From a virus: a DNA stretch of 61,953 bases. Shown in pieces: positions 54,617 to 61,905 of the stretch. The stretch is taken from IMG/VR virus record IMGVR_UViG_3300045988_087611; one strand, 5' to 3'. The first letter of the stretch is position 1. Each line of letters starts with the position of its first letter. A model generated the notes under the pieces. It worked only from the letters and a program-made list of their open reading frames with translations, was not told the DNA's origin and did no database searches. A program made the position numbers and the translations under genes.

Positions 54617-54620
54617 CTTC

Positions 54621-54650
54621 TTGACTTATAAACCAATGGCGGTTTATAAT
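54621..54650 (+). promoter_or_regulatory. Promoter of the accessory-gene operon
   Basis: TTGACT (54621-26), 18-bp spacer, TATAAT (54645-50). Confidence 0.6.
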
Positions 54651-54826
54651 TAGGGCACAAGGCAAGGGAAACGCCTGAAGGATAAAACAGAATGCGACAG
54701 TGAAAGCCGGGCCGGAAGCGGACACAGCTCCGGGGATGGCCGGCAGGCGGTAACGGCTGCGAAAGGTAACCTTCAGGCCCCCGGGCCTTGGACAGAAAAC
54801 TTGAGTGCCGCCCGGAGGAAAAGAAA
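54651..54826 (+). promoter_or_regulatory. ~175-nt GC-rich structured 5' leader (candidate cis-regulatory RNA)
   Basis: Long-range pairing CCTGAAGG (54675-82) with CCTTCAGG (54770-77) encloses GCCGG/CCGGC helices. No ORF. Confidence 0.35.
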
Positions 54827-55027
54827 ATGAAAATCTATGTCCGCGACTTTAACTGCAAGAAGAAATACTTTGACACCCTGAATGACGCGGTAAAATTCAT
54901 CCGCAGATACAGTAAGCCCAACGGCAAGGGGTACACACTCTGGGTCGAGGATAGCACCGGAGTTCACAGGGTCGGATTTTTCCGCAAGGACGGCAAAAAA
55001 TTAGTAAAGACCGGCTGGAGGCAATAA
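54827..55027 (+). CDS. Hypothetical small basic protein
   Basis: ATG at 54827 after GGAGGAAAAG, inside ORF 54788..55027. Confidence 0.45.
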   Translation: MKIYVRDFNCKKKYFDTLNDAVKFIRRYSKPNGKGYTLWVEDSTGVHRVGFFRKDGKKLVKTGWRQ

Positions 55028-55033
55028 ACCACC

Positions 55034-55056
55034 CCCGCCCCGGAGGTACGAAGGCA
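55034..55056 (+). repeat. Start-associated conserved leader, copy A
   Basis: CCCGCCCCGGAGGT-ACGAAGGCA, 15 nt upstream of the ATG at 55071. Confidence 0.8.
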
Positions 55057-55070
55057 GAAGGAGGAAAACC

Positions 55071-55229
55071 ATGGTAGCCTATTACGAGAACGAAGCCGCC
55101 GTTGACACCGCTCTGAAGAAGGCGAAGACGCCAGAGGAAGTTCTGAAGATTGCCCACGACCTGGAACAGCGTGAGGCGCCACACCACTGGATACAAAAGG
55201 CCATGTCCGTTTACTGCTCTATGTTCTGA
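55071..55229 (+). CDS. 52-aa hypothetical protein
   Basis: Not in the ORF track. RBS AAGGAGGA. MVAYYENEAAVDTALKKAKTPEEVLKIAHD... Confidence 0.45.
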   Translation: MVAYYENEAAVDTALKKAKTPEEVLKIAHDLEQREAPHHWIQKAMSVYCSMF

Positions 55230-55245
55230 CCCAAACACCTCAACA

Positions 55246-55269
55246 CCCGCCCCGGAGGTCACGAGGGCA
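55246..55269 (+). repeat. Start-associated conserved leader, copy B
   Basis: CCCGCCCCGGAGGTCACGAGGGCA upstream of the ATG at 55284. Confidence 0.8.
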
Positions 55270-55283
55270 GAAAGGAACACACT

Positions 55284-55580
55284 ATGAAAAAGACCTACAT
55301 CGTGCATAAGTGCCTTGACCCTATGGCCGTCCGGGGCCTCTGCATTCATCAGAACTGGTACACCAGAGGCACCACCGCGGAATATGAGAAGATGCTTCAA
55401 AGCCTCTTGGACGAGCACCACATGAGCCGGGACAACATCACTGACCAGGACATTATCGCCTTGGCGGAGGACATCGCAGAGCACAGCGACCTGGAAGACC
55501 TGGAGCCGGAAGCCGATGCCGTGGCCTGTATCGCTTTCGAGCTGGCCCGGCTGGTAACTACCATTTTTGAAGCGGTTTGA
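55284..55580 (+). CDS. Hypothetical acidic protein
   Basis: 98-aa ORF. Confidence 0.5.
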   Translation: MKKTYIVHKCLDPMAVRGLCIHQNWYTRGTTAEYEKMLQSLLDEHHMSRDNITDQDIIALAEDIAEHSDLEDLEPEADAVACIAFELARLVTTIFEAV

Positions 55581-55586
55581 CAGACA

Positions 55587-55610
55587 CCCGCCCCGGAGGT
55601 TACGAGGGTA
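55587..55610 (+). repeat. Start-associated conserved leader, copy C
   Basis: CCCGCCCCGGAGGTTACGAGGGTA upstream of the ATG at 55625. Confidence 0.8.
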
Positions 55611-55624
55611 AGGAGGAGAACACC

Positions 55625-55834
55625 ATGGATTACAGCTTGTATCTGTCCCAGGAATACATCTTGGAAAGCGGAAAAGTTAAATGTACTACCCTAACGGCAG
55701 CGGAAGCCGAGGCCATGGGCTACGAGGATGGCTTCAAGGGGCACAGCAAAAATGGAAACATCATATATGTTGATGGATTCGACACAATGCAGGCCATCCA
55801 GAACCATATTGAAAGCCTGCATGGCGTGATTTAA
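55625..55834 (+). CDS. Hypothetical small protein
   Basis: ATG at 55625 after AAGGAGGAG, inside ORF 55577..55834. Confidence 0.45.
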   Translation: MDYSLYLSQEYILESGKVKCTTLTAAEAEAMGYEDGFKGHSKNGNIIYVDGFDTMQAIQNHIESLHGVI

Positions 55835-55853
55835 GAGAGGGCGGAGAAGCACC

Positions 55854-56321
55854 ATGCTGGATAAGAACGGCGTCGAAATTAAGTCCGGTGACATCGTGGA
55901 GATCACCGGGGCCTTCTTCAAGAACGACAACGGCCTCTACTTCGTGGAGAGTTCCCCGGGAGATCCCTTCTGGAGTGGTAGGGATTACTGCTTGAAAAGG
56001 ATTACAAAGAAGGGCAAAATCAGTAAATCCAAGGATAATATCTGTTTCTGGCCCATTGGTATATTCGTAAGCGACCGTGCCAAGGGGGCGCAAGCCAGAC
56101 GATGGAACAAGGAACATGCCGCCATAGAGGTCAAAGCAGCCTTCTGGAATATAGAAGATGTTGCAGCCTTTTTCCAAGGGAAAGCTGACGAGCTGACCGA
56201 GCAGATCATCAGGGACTCCCGCCGCTGGGGAGAAAATGATTTGCTTATTCAGAGCCTAAAAGATGCCAGAGCGCATTATGAGGCCGTGGTTCGGCATATA
56301 GAGGAGGAACACCATGAGTGA
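55854..56321 (+). CDS. Hypothetical protein
   Basis: 155-aa ORF. Confidence 0.5.
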   Translation: MLDKNGVEIKSGDIVEITGAFFKNDNGLYFVESSPGDPFWSGRDYCLKRITKKGKISKSKDNICFWPIGIFVSDRAKGAQARRWNKEHAAIEVKAAFWNIEDVAAFFQGKADELTEQIIRDSRRWGENDLLIQSLKDARAHYEAVVRHIEEEHHE

Positions 56322-56541
56322 GAAAATCACGCGCACCTGCCCCATCTGCGGGCAGCAGTACACAGAGCCCCCAGCGCTTTCCCGCCGGGACAACAAGACG
56401 GACATCTGCCCGACCTGCGGGATGATGGAGGCCCTGGCGGCCATGCCCCGGCGTGAGGGGCCGGCCGAGCTGACGAGGCGGGCCGTTTATGCCACAGGAA
56501 ACAAGTGGGCCATTGAGAACTTCAAAGCCACGCACGACTGA
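56314..56541 (+). CDS. Zinc-ribbon protein
   Basis: CPICGQ...CPTCG. Confidence 0.5.
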   Translation: MSEKITRTCPICGQQYTEPPALSRRDNKTDICPTCGMMEALAAMPRREGPAELTRRAVYATGNKWAIENFKATHD

Positions 56542-56556
56542 TCGGAGGGAGAATTC

Positions 56557-57357
56557 ATGTCAATAGGACGCCAAGACTATGAGGAGCGCAGAGAGGCCCG
56601 AGCCGACCGCCTGGAGGAGCGGGCTCGGAAGGCCGCCGGGAAGGCTGCCGACGCCTTCTGCCGCTCCGAGGACGCCGTGAGGGGCATTCCAGCGGGGCAG
56701 CCCATCCTTCCCGGAGCCCGAGGAATCCCCCAGCGGAAGGCACAGGAGCGTTCCTGGAGCCTCATGGGGAAAAGCGTGGAGAATGACCAAAAAGCCGCTT
56801 ACCTCCAAGGTCGGGCAGACGCCACCCGGGGTAACACCGCTATCAGCAGCGACGATCCGGAGGCCGTGGAAAAGCTGGAGGCAAAGCTAAAGGCCCTGCA
56901 GGACGCCCAAGAGAGGGACAAGGCCCTGAACGCCTACTATCGGAAGCATAAGACCGTCAAGGGCTTTCCGGGGATCAGCGATGCCCAAGCTGCCAAAGTA
57001 GACGCCAGACTGGCCGAGCTGCGAGAGGCGTTGCGCCGCCCCGCCCCCGCCTTTCAACTATCAAACCGGAACGCCGAAATCAACCGGCTGAAAAAACGCC
57101 TTCAGCAGCTCCAGGCAGTGGACGAGATGGAGCACATCGAGATTTCCTTCCCCGGGGGGCTCCTGACTACCAATGAGGAAATCAACCGGGTGCAGATCAT
57201 CTTTGATGACACCCCAGATGAGGCCACACGGGCGAAGCTGAAAGCCAATGGGTTCCGCTGGGCCCCCAGTGAGGGAGCGTGGCAGACGCAGCGGACGCCG
57301 GCGGCCCTGGCCCGCGCAAAGTGGCTGCTCGGTATTACAGAGGAAGGGGGAAACTGA
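56557..57357 (+). CDS. DUF3560-like protein
   Basis: C-terminus RVQIIFDDTPDEATRAKLKANGFRWAPSEGAWQ matches the DUF3560 pattern common on plasmids and ICEs (from memory). Confidence 0.5.
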   Translation: MSIGRQDYEERREARADRLEERARKAAGKAADAFCRSEDAVRGIPAGQPILPGARGIPQRKAQERSWSLMGKSVENDQKAAYLQGRADATRGNTAISSDDPEAVEKLEAKLKALQDAQERDKALNAYYRKHKTVKGFPGISDAQAAKVDARLAELREALRRPAPAFQLSNRNAEINRLKKRLQQLQAVDEMEHIEISFPGGLLTTNEEINRVQIIFDDTPDEATRAKLKANGFRWAPSEGAWQTQRTPAALARAKWLLGITEEGGN

Positions 57358-57885
57358 ATGCCTATCGAGAGATTGAAGTATGAAACCATCCACCTGAAGG
57401 ACGGGCGGAACGCCGTGTTGAGCACGGCCCGCCTCCCCTCCGGGGAATATGAAACCATGCTGCTGGGCCAGGACGGAGACGAGATTGTGTCGGCAAAGTC
57501 CGCCGGCGAGGAAGAGGCCCTGGCAACCTTCCAGTATTTCAAGATGGTATATTCGGCCCCGGTTCTGACGGGCCGATACAAGAAGCTGTCCGAAGACCTG
57601 AAGGCCGCCTTTGCCTATGGCCGGGAGCACCAAGGGACGGACGATGGAGGCACCAGTAACTTCGACGCCCCGACCATCCACCTCCGGGGATGGAGCCGGA
57701 AGATGGTCGAGGCCGCCGCTGCGGCCGCCGGCGGGAGCTGCTCATTCTGGAACCTCTGCGGCAGTTATATCTTCCCTGTCCCTGGAACGGGGCAAGGAAA
57801 CACCCGGACGGCCGCAGCAGAGGCGGCCGGTGATTACCTGAAGGAACTCGGCTATGATACCGGAATGTACTATCAGATGGATTGA
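57358..57885 (+). CDS. Hypothetical protein
   Basis: 175-aa ORF, TGAATG-coupled. Confidence 0.5.
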   Translation: MPIERLKYETIHLKDGRNAVLSTARLPSGEYETMLLGQDGDEIVSAKSAGEEEALATFQYFKMVYSAPVLTGRYKKLSEDLKAAFAYGREHQGTDDGGTSNFDAPTIHLRGWSRKMVEAAAAAAGGSCSFWNLCGSYIFPVPGTGQGNTRTAAAEAAGDYLKELGYDTGMYYQMD

Positions 57886-57897
57886 GGAGATGCCACC

Positions 57898-58449
57898 ATG
57901 ACAGAACGTGAACGTCTGCTGGAAAAGCTGATGAAAGTGAAAGCCCTCGCCGACCGCGGCGAGGGCGGAGAGCGGGAGAGCGCCGAGCGCACCCTAGCCG
58001 CTTTGATGGAGCGGTATGGCATCACCGAGGCCGACCTGGAGGACAACCAGGTTTCCACCCACTGGATCAGATACAAAACGGTATGGGAGAAGAAGCTCCT
58101 CCACCAACTGGCCTATATGTATCTGGGAGAAGGGAACTCCTTTGGCTGTGTTGGAACTTACACAGGGCGCAGCCGAAAGAAGGTCGGGATCAAATGCACT
58201 CCGGCGCAGTACATCGAGATTGAGGCAGATTTTGCTTTCTACTCTGCGGCCATGGAGGAAGAAATGGGCATTTTCTACTCGGCATTCCTTCAGAAAAACA
58301 ATCTGTTCCCTCCCCCGGAGCTTGCCAGGGAGAACACCGAAGAGGAAATCGCAGAGGCTATGGACTTGGAGCGCCTCGCTAAAATCAGCGCCATGATGGA
58401 CGGAATAGAGCAACACACCCGCCACAAGGCTATCGAAAGCCACCAATGA
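57898..58449 (+). CDS. DUF2786-like protein
   Basis: N-terminus LLEKLMKVKALADRGEGGERESAERTLAALMERYGI fits the DUF2786 pattern. Confidence 0.45.
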   Translation: MTERERLLEKLMKVKALADRGEGGERESAERTLAALMERYGITEADLEDNQVSTHWIRYKTVWEKKLLHQLAYMYLGEGNSFGCVGTYTGRSRKKVGIKCTPAQYIEIEADFAFYSAAMEEEMGIFYSAFLQKNNLFPPPELARENTEEEIAEAMDLERLAKISAMMDGIEQHTRHKAIESHQ

Positions 58450-58464
58450 AAGGAGAAGTTGAAC

Positions 58465-59397
58465 ATGGATATGTTGAGAGATCGGATCGCCGGCGCCCTC
58501 TACGGGGTAGCCGTAGGGGATGCCCTGGGCGGGCCCCTGGAGTTTATGAGCGCAGCAGAAATCAACCGTCAACATGGGTGGGTTTCCACCATGCTGGGCG
58601 GTGGTTGGTTGGGTCTGCGCCCTGGTGAGACCACAGACGACACCGCCATGACACTAGCCGTGGCTGAAGGAATTATGGAGCGCCCAGAGGCCCCAATCCA
58701 GGACATCGGCCGCCGGTTTATCCGGTGGGCAGAAAGTGGCCCAAAGGACATCGGTGGAGCCTGTGCATGGAGCATCAGGAATGCAAAACGGATTGGAGGC
58801 GGGGCGCCGACCACCGAAGACTGGGAAAATGCCGCAGCGGCATACCAGTTACAGGTCGCCGCTCCTGTCGAGGGAAACGGAGCTCTCATGCGAACGATTT
58901 ACCCCGCTTTGTACTATCCCAATCACTCAAAGGCCGAGTATTGGGCCATGAAAATCGCTAGAATGACCCACGCCGGCCTCCGTTCTACCGAGGCTTGCAT
59001 TTTATATTCCCGCATGGTAAACTTAATAACAGCATCGAAAAGTCAACAGCAGGCCTCCCGGGAATTTCTGAAGGAACACTGCGAAGCCGTCAAGGAATAT
59101 CGGGACGCAGCCTCCGGAAAAGAAGTTGCTCCCGCTGGCGGCGGTTGGGTTGTGGACAGTATGAGGATCGCCGTCGGTAGCACGGCGAATACATCATCTT
59201 TCCGGGAAGCCGTCACCATGGCCGTGAACCTCGGCGGAGACGCCGACACCAATGGAGCCATCACCGGAGGCCTGGCCGGCGCCCTGTACGGTTTTCAGAC
59301 CATCCCCAAGGAATGGGTATCCGCTCTATCCACGCACGATAGGGAGCGCCTGGACGCCGCTGTGGACGCTGCGATGGAGAGCCGAATGACTAAATAG
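58465..59397 (+). CDS. ADP-ribosylglycohydrolase (DraG/ARH family)
   Basis: GALYGVAVGDALGGPLEF, TTDDTAMTLA, GNGALMR and GGDADTNGAITGGLAGALYG. ATG at 58465 after AAAGGAG. Confidence 0.88.
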   Translation: MDMLRDRIAGALYGVAVGDALGGPLEFMSAAEINRQHGWVSTMLGGGWLGLRPGETTDDTAMTLAVAEGIMERPEAPIQDIGRRFIRWAESGPKDIGGACAWSIRNAKRIGGGAPTTEDWENAAAAYQLQVAAPVEGNGALMRTIYPALYYPNHSKAEYWAMKIARMTHAGLRSTEACILYSRMVNLITASKSQQQASREFLKEHCEAVKEYRDAASGKEVAPAGGGWVVDSMRIAVGSTANTSSFREAVTMAVNLGGDADTNGAITGGLAGALYGFQTIPKEWVSALSTHDRERLDAAVDAAMESRMTK

Positions 59398-59409
59398 GGA
59401 GGGAAAATA

Positions 59410-59670
59410 ATGGCTGGATATGGGCGCCCACTGAAGGGAAAGAGCCGCCGAGTTCCTATTACTGTGCATTCCACTATCGGGGTGCTGGATGCCATTGATG
59501 ACTATGTGGAGGAGCGCGACAGCCAGGAGCAACGTGCCTATTCCAGATCTGACTTCTTCAATGAAGCTGCTCTGCTCTATTTGAAGCAGCTCGGCCGGGA
59601 AGTTGAGGGAGAAGAAATCCCTGACCGTAACAGAAGCGTAACAGAAAAAAGTGAAGCCACAGAGGAATGA
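59410..59670 (+). CDS. Ribbon-helix-helix (CopG-like) protein
   Basis: RRVPITVHSTIGVLDAIDDYVEER...RSDFFNEAALLYLKQL. Confidence 0.55.
   Translation: MAGYGRPLKGKSRRVPITVHSTIGVLDAIDDYVEERDSQEQRAYSRSDFFNEAALLYLKQLGREVEGEEIPDRNRSVTEKSEATEE
59626..59646 (+). repeat. Tandem CGTAACAGAA x2 (11-bp phase)
   Basis: Copies at 59626-35 and 59637-46. Confidence 0.8.
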
Positions 59671-59764
59671 GAGAATACAGATAATATCCCCTGTGAAAAC
59701 AGTGAAAAATGGCCTATATCGCCTAAAGCAACACTTCCGAAAAAGAGTGGGAATAAGAGATTTT

Positions 59765-59806
59765 AGCCCCGGAGCCCTTGTAAATCAAGGGCTCCGGGGC
59801 TTTTTT
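59765..59806 (+). terminator. Rho-independent terminator between the RHH gene and int
   Basis: AGCCCCGGAGCCCTT-N7-AAGGGCTCCGGGGCT followed by TTTTT. Confidence 0.75.
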
Positions 59807-59816
59807 GCGCCAAAAG

Positions 59817-59836
59817 CGTAACAGAATCGTAACACA
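59817..59836 (+). repeat. CGTAACAGAA / CGTAACACA pair (11-bp phase) abutting the int stop; candidate arm-type sites
   Basis: Copies at 59817-26 and 59828-36. Confidence 0.7.
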
Positions 59837-59837
59837 T

Positions 59838-61001
59838 TTATGGAACCGGGCCTTTTTTGGCCTCTTCCAGCTCCAGCGCCTCGGCAATCGAGAGCGGTGC
59901 CGGAGCCGCGGCATCCACCCTTCTGGCAGGGGCATGGCGCTCCAAGTCTTGCACCAGTGACTCCATCTTATCCGGGTAGAGGTGGGTATAGGTCGCCATC
60001 GCCACTTCCACTGTGTCCCCCAGGCGCTCGGCAACGGCCACAATGGAATATCCAAGCTCCACCAGCAGGGCGGCGTGGCTGTGACGCAGATCATGGATGC
60101 GGATGCGCTGCACCCCTGCGGCCGCCGCGGCACGGTCGAGCTCCCGATTGAGGGTGCCGTGACCAAAGTAGAATATGCGCTCGTCTGGCCCAATTTCATA
60201 GAGGGCGCCGATGTACTGCTGCACCTCGTCATATAGGAAAGCCGGCATGGCGAGATCGCGGACGCTGTTGTCAGTTTTAGTGGGGCCCGGATCGTCCTCC
60301 CCGTTTCTGCGGTGGTGCGTCTTGACGATGTGCGCCACCTTCGACGGCCGGATGTCTGCCGGCGTCAATGCCAGGCACTCGCCCACACGGAGGCCGAGCC
60401 AATACATGAGCTGGAAAGCCACCCGGAAAGCAGGCTTTTTCACCTCCGCCAGAGCGGCCTCAAATTCCGCCAGCGTCCAGAATTTCATGCGGCCCGCCTT
60501 CTTCTTCCCCATGAAGCCAGCCGGCAAGCATGGGTTCTGCCGCAGGCCATAGTACATGACGGCATAGTTCATAATGGCAGAAAGCCGGCTGTTGATGGAA
60601 CGGAGGTATGTGGGGGCATAGGGCTTTCCGGTCTTCGGGTTTGTCTTGGAGAGCAATTCATTCTGCCATTTTCGGATTGTAACGGCGTCGATTTTATCGA
60701 CCGGGAGCTGGCCGAAATACGGAAGCAGCCACCTGTTGATGATGTTGTCCTGGGCTCCCCGGGTCGTGTCCCGGACGCGGTGATCCGCGTCCTCCTGGTA
60801 TAGCTCCACCAGAGATGCAAAGGACATGTCGCAGCTCTGACTATTTTTTAGCAGGAACTGCCGCTCATATTCCTGCGCTTCCCGGCGCAGCGCAAAGCCC
60901 TCCTTCTTTTTCAGACGTCGGGCCCCTGTCCAGTCAGTATAGCGGAAGGCTGCATACCATTTGATTTTCCCGTCCTTTGTTTTATAGGATTTTACAGACA
61001 T
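59838..61001 (-). CDS. int: Tyrosine integrase
   Basis: C-terminal catalytic region RIHDLRHSHAALL...ATYTHLY. N-terminal arm-binding-like SVKSYKTKDGKIKWYAAFRY. ATG at 61001 inside ORF 59838..61055. Confidence 0.9.
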   Translation of the reverse strand: MSVKSYKTKDGKIKWYAAFRYTDWTGARRLKKKEGFALRREAQEYERQFLLKNSQSCDMSFASLVELYQEDADHRVRDTTRGAQDNIINRWLLPYFGQLPVDKIDAVTIRKWQNELLSKTNPKTGKPYAPTYLRSINSRLSAIMNYAVMYYGLRQNPCLPAGFMGKKKAGRMKFWTLAEFEAALAEVKKPAFRVAFQLMYWLGLRVGECLALTPADIRPSKVAHIVKTHHRRNGEDDPGPTKTDNSVRDLAMPAFLYDEVQQYIGALYEIGPDERIFYFGHGTLNRELDRAAAAAGVQRIRIHDLRHSHAALLVELGYSIVAVAERLGDTVEVAMATYTHLYPDKMESLVQDLERHAPARRVDAAAPAPLSIAEALELEEAKKGPVP

Positions 61002-61051
61002 ACTGCGCCCCCAAAACAGAGGCCCTGGCCCGACACGGCCAGGGCCTTCTT

Positions 61052-61516
61052 TCACTCTTCATCGGCCTTCTCGTCACCCGCAGCGCCTTCCACTTCACCT
61101 TTCCCGCGTTTCCGGTTGGCATCAGTGAGCTGGAGCATGTCTATATATTCAAGCAGCCGCCGGCGGGATTTCGTGGAAAGACTGATATACTGGCGAGCGA
61201 TAGACAGCGCCTCTGGGTGGGTAGAGCAAATTACCAGGGCCTTCCGATCCTCTTCAGATAGGTTCCCGGCACTGCCCAGCAGTGCGGCGATATGGGGTGC
61301 GGAATAGGTTGTCCCCCTTTTCCTTTCATCGGACAGGCCGAGGATATAGTCAACAGATACGTCAAAAATGAGAGCAAGCATCCGAAGCGTACCTTCAGAC
61401 AAGCCGCTCTTTTCATTTTCGTACTTGGAAATGACAGCCGGCTTTACTCCGAGCCGGGATGCGAGTTCGCGTTGAGACATATCGGCCTCTTCTCGCAGCG
61501 CACGAATACGGTTCAT
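61052..61516 (-). CDS. cI-like XRE-family repressor
   Basis: HTH MSQRELASRLGVKPAVISKYENEK. Divergent from the cro-like gene. Confidence 0.75.
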   Translation of the reverse strand: MNRIRALREEADMSQRELASRLGVKPAVISKYENEKSGLSEGTLRMLALIFDVSVDYILGLSDERKRGTTYSAPHIAALLGSAGNLSEEDRKALVICSTHPEALSIARQYISLSTKSRRRLLEYIDMLQLTDANRKRGKGEVEGAAGDEKADEE

Positions 61517-61537
61517 AGTTACTGCACCTCCGTTGGT

Positions 61538-61566
61538 ATTTTACTATTTCCACCACGGAAATACAA
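61538..61566 (-). promoter_or_regulatory. Leftward (repressor) promoter overlapping operator O1
   Basis: On the minus strand: TTGTAT, 17-bp spacer, TAAAAT. Confidence 0.5.
61546..61562. promoter_or_regulatory. Operator O1 (ATTTCC-N5-GGAAAT)
   Basis: Perfect 6-bp inverted arms. Confidence 0.6.
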
Positions 61567-61573
61567 GGACTAT

Positions 61574-61590
61574 TTTTCCACGGCGGAAAA
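61574..61590. promoter_or_regulatory. Operator O2 (TTTTCC-N5-GGAAAA)
   Basis: Perfect 6-bp inverted arms, 28 bp from O1. GGAAA half-sites also occur at ~61620 and ~61657. Confidence 0.6.
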
Positions 61591-61604
61591 TTTCTATTTA
61601 CCTC

Positions 61605-61633
61605 TTGACTTTCTAAAATGGAAACATTAGAAT
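61605..61633 (+). promoter_or_regulatory. Rightward early promoter (cro-like operon)
   Basis: TTGACT, 17-bp spacer, TAGAAT. Confidence 0.65.
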
Positions 61634-61680
61634 ATTGATTGTAAAAAGTTCCTCAACGGAAAACAAGGGAGGTGAACACC

Positions 61681-61905
61681 ATGAAAAACAGACTGCAAGA
61701 GCTCCGCATAAAGCACGGGGAAACCCAGCAGCAGCTCGCGGCAATCATGGGCATCAAAACCGCCGGCTATTGCAAAAAGGAGCTGGGCTACAACTCCGTC
61801 ACACTGGCAGAGGCGTATGCGGTGGCTACCCACTGGGGGCTCTCCATTGAGGAAGTTTTTTTTGCTGACAGTGTTTCCGAAAAAGAAAGTATTTCGGCCT
61901 GTTGA
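61681..61905 (+). CDS. Cro-like XRE HTH protein
   Basis: ATG at 61681, 8 nt after AAGGGAGG. ETQQQLAAIMGIKTAGYCKKELG. Its 3' end lies in the terminal overlap. Confidence 0.7.
   Translation: MKNRLQELRIKHGETQQQLAAIMGIKTAGYCKKELGYNSVTLAEAYAVATHWGLSIEEVFFADSVSEKESISAC

Noticed and set aside
54425-54631. 68-aa plus-strand ORF (MGSPPFTKIRGQ...).
   Set aside because: It lies antisense to the toxin 5' UTR and promoter, has no RBS and runs through a long hairpin. It is better explained as non-coding.
54651-54826. Assignment of the leader to a known riboswitch class (c-di-GMP-I/GEMM or FMN), based on GGCAA and GACAGTGAAAGCC-like strings.
   Set aside because: Only short fragments match. The overall helix order and conserved cores of those classes could not be fitted by eye. 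It is kept only as an unclassified structured leader.
55029-55624. The repeated CCCGCCCCGGAGGT... elements as a CRISPR array.
   Set aside because: There are only three full copies, spaced 212 and 341 nt apart. Each intervening segment is a well-formed protein-coding gene, and the repeats are not palindromic.
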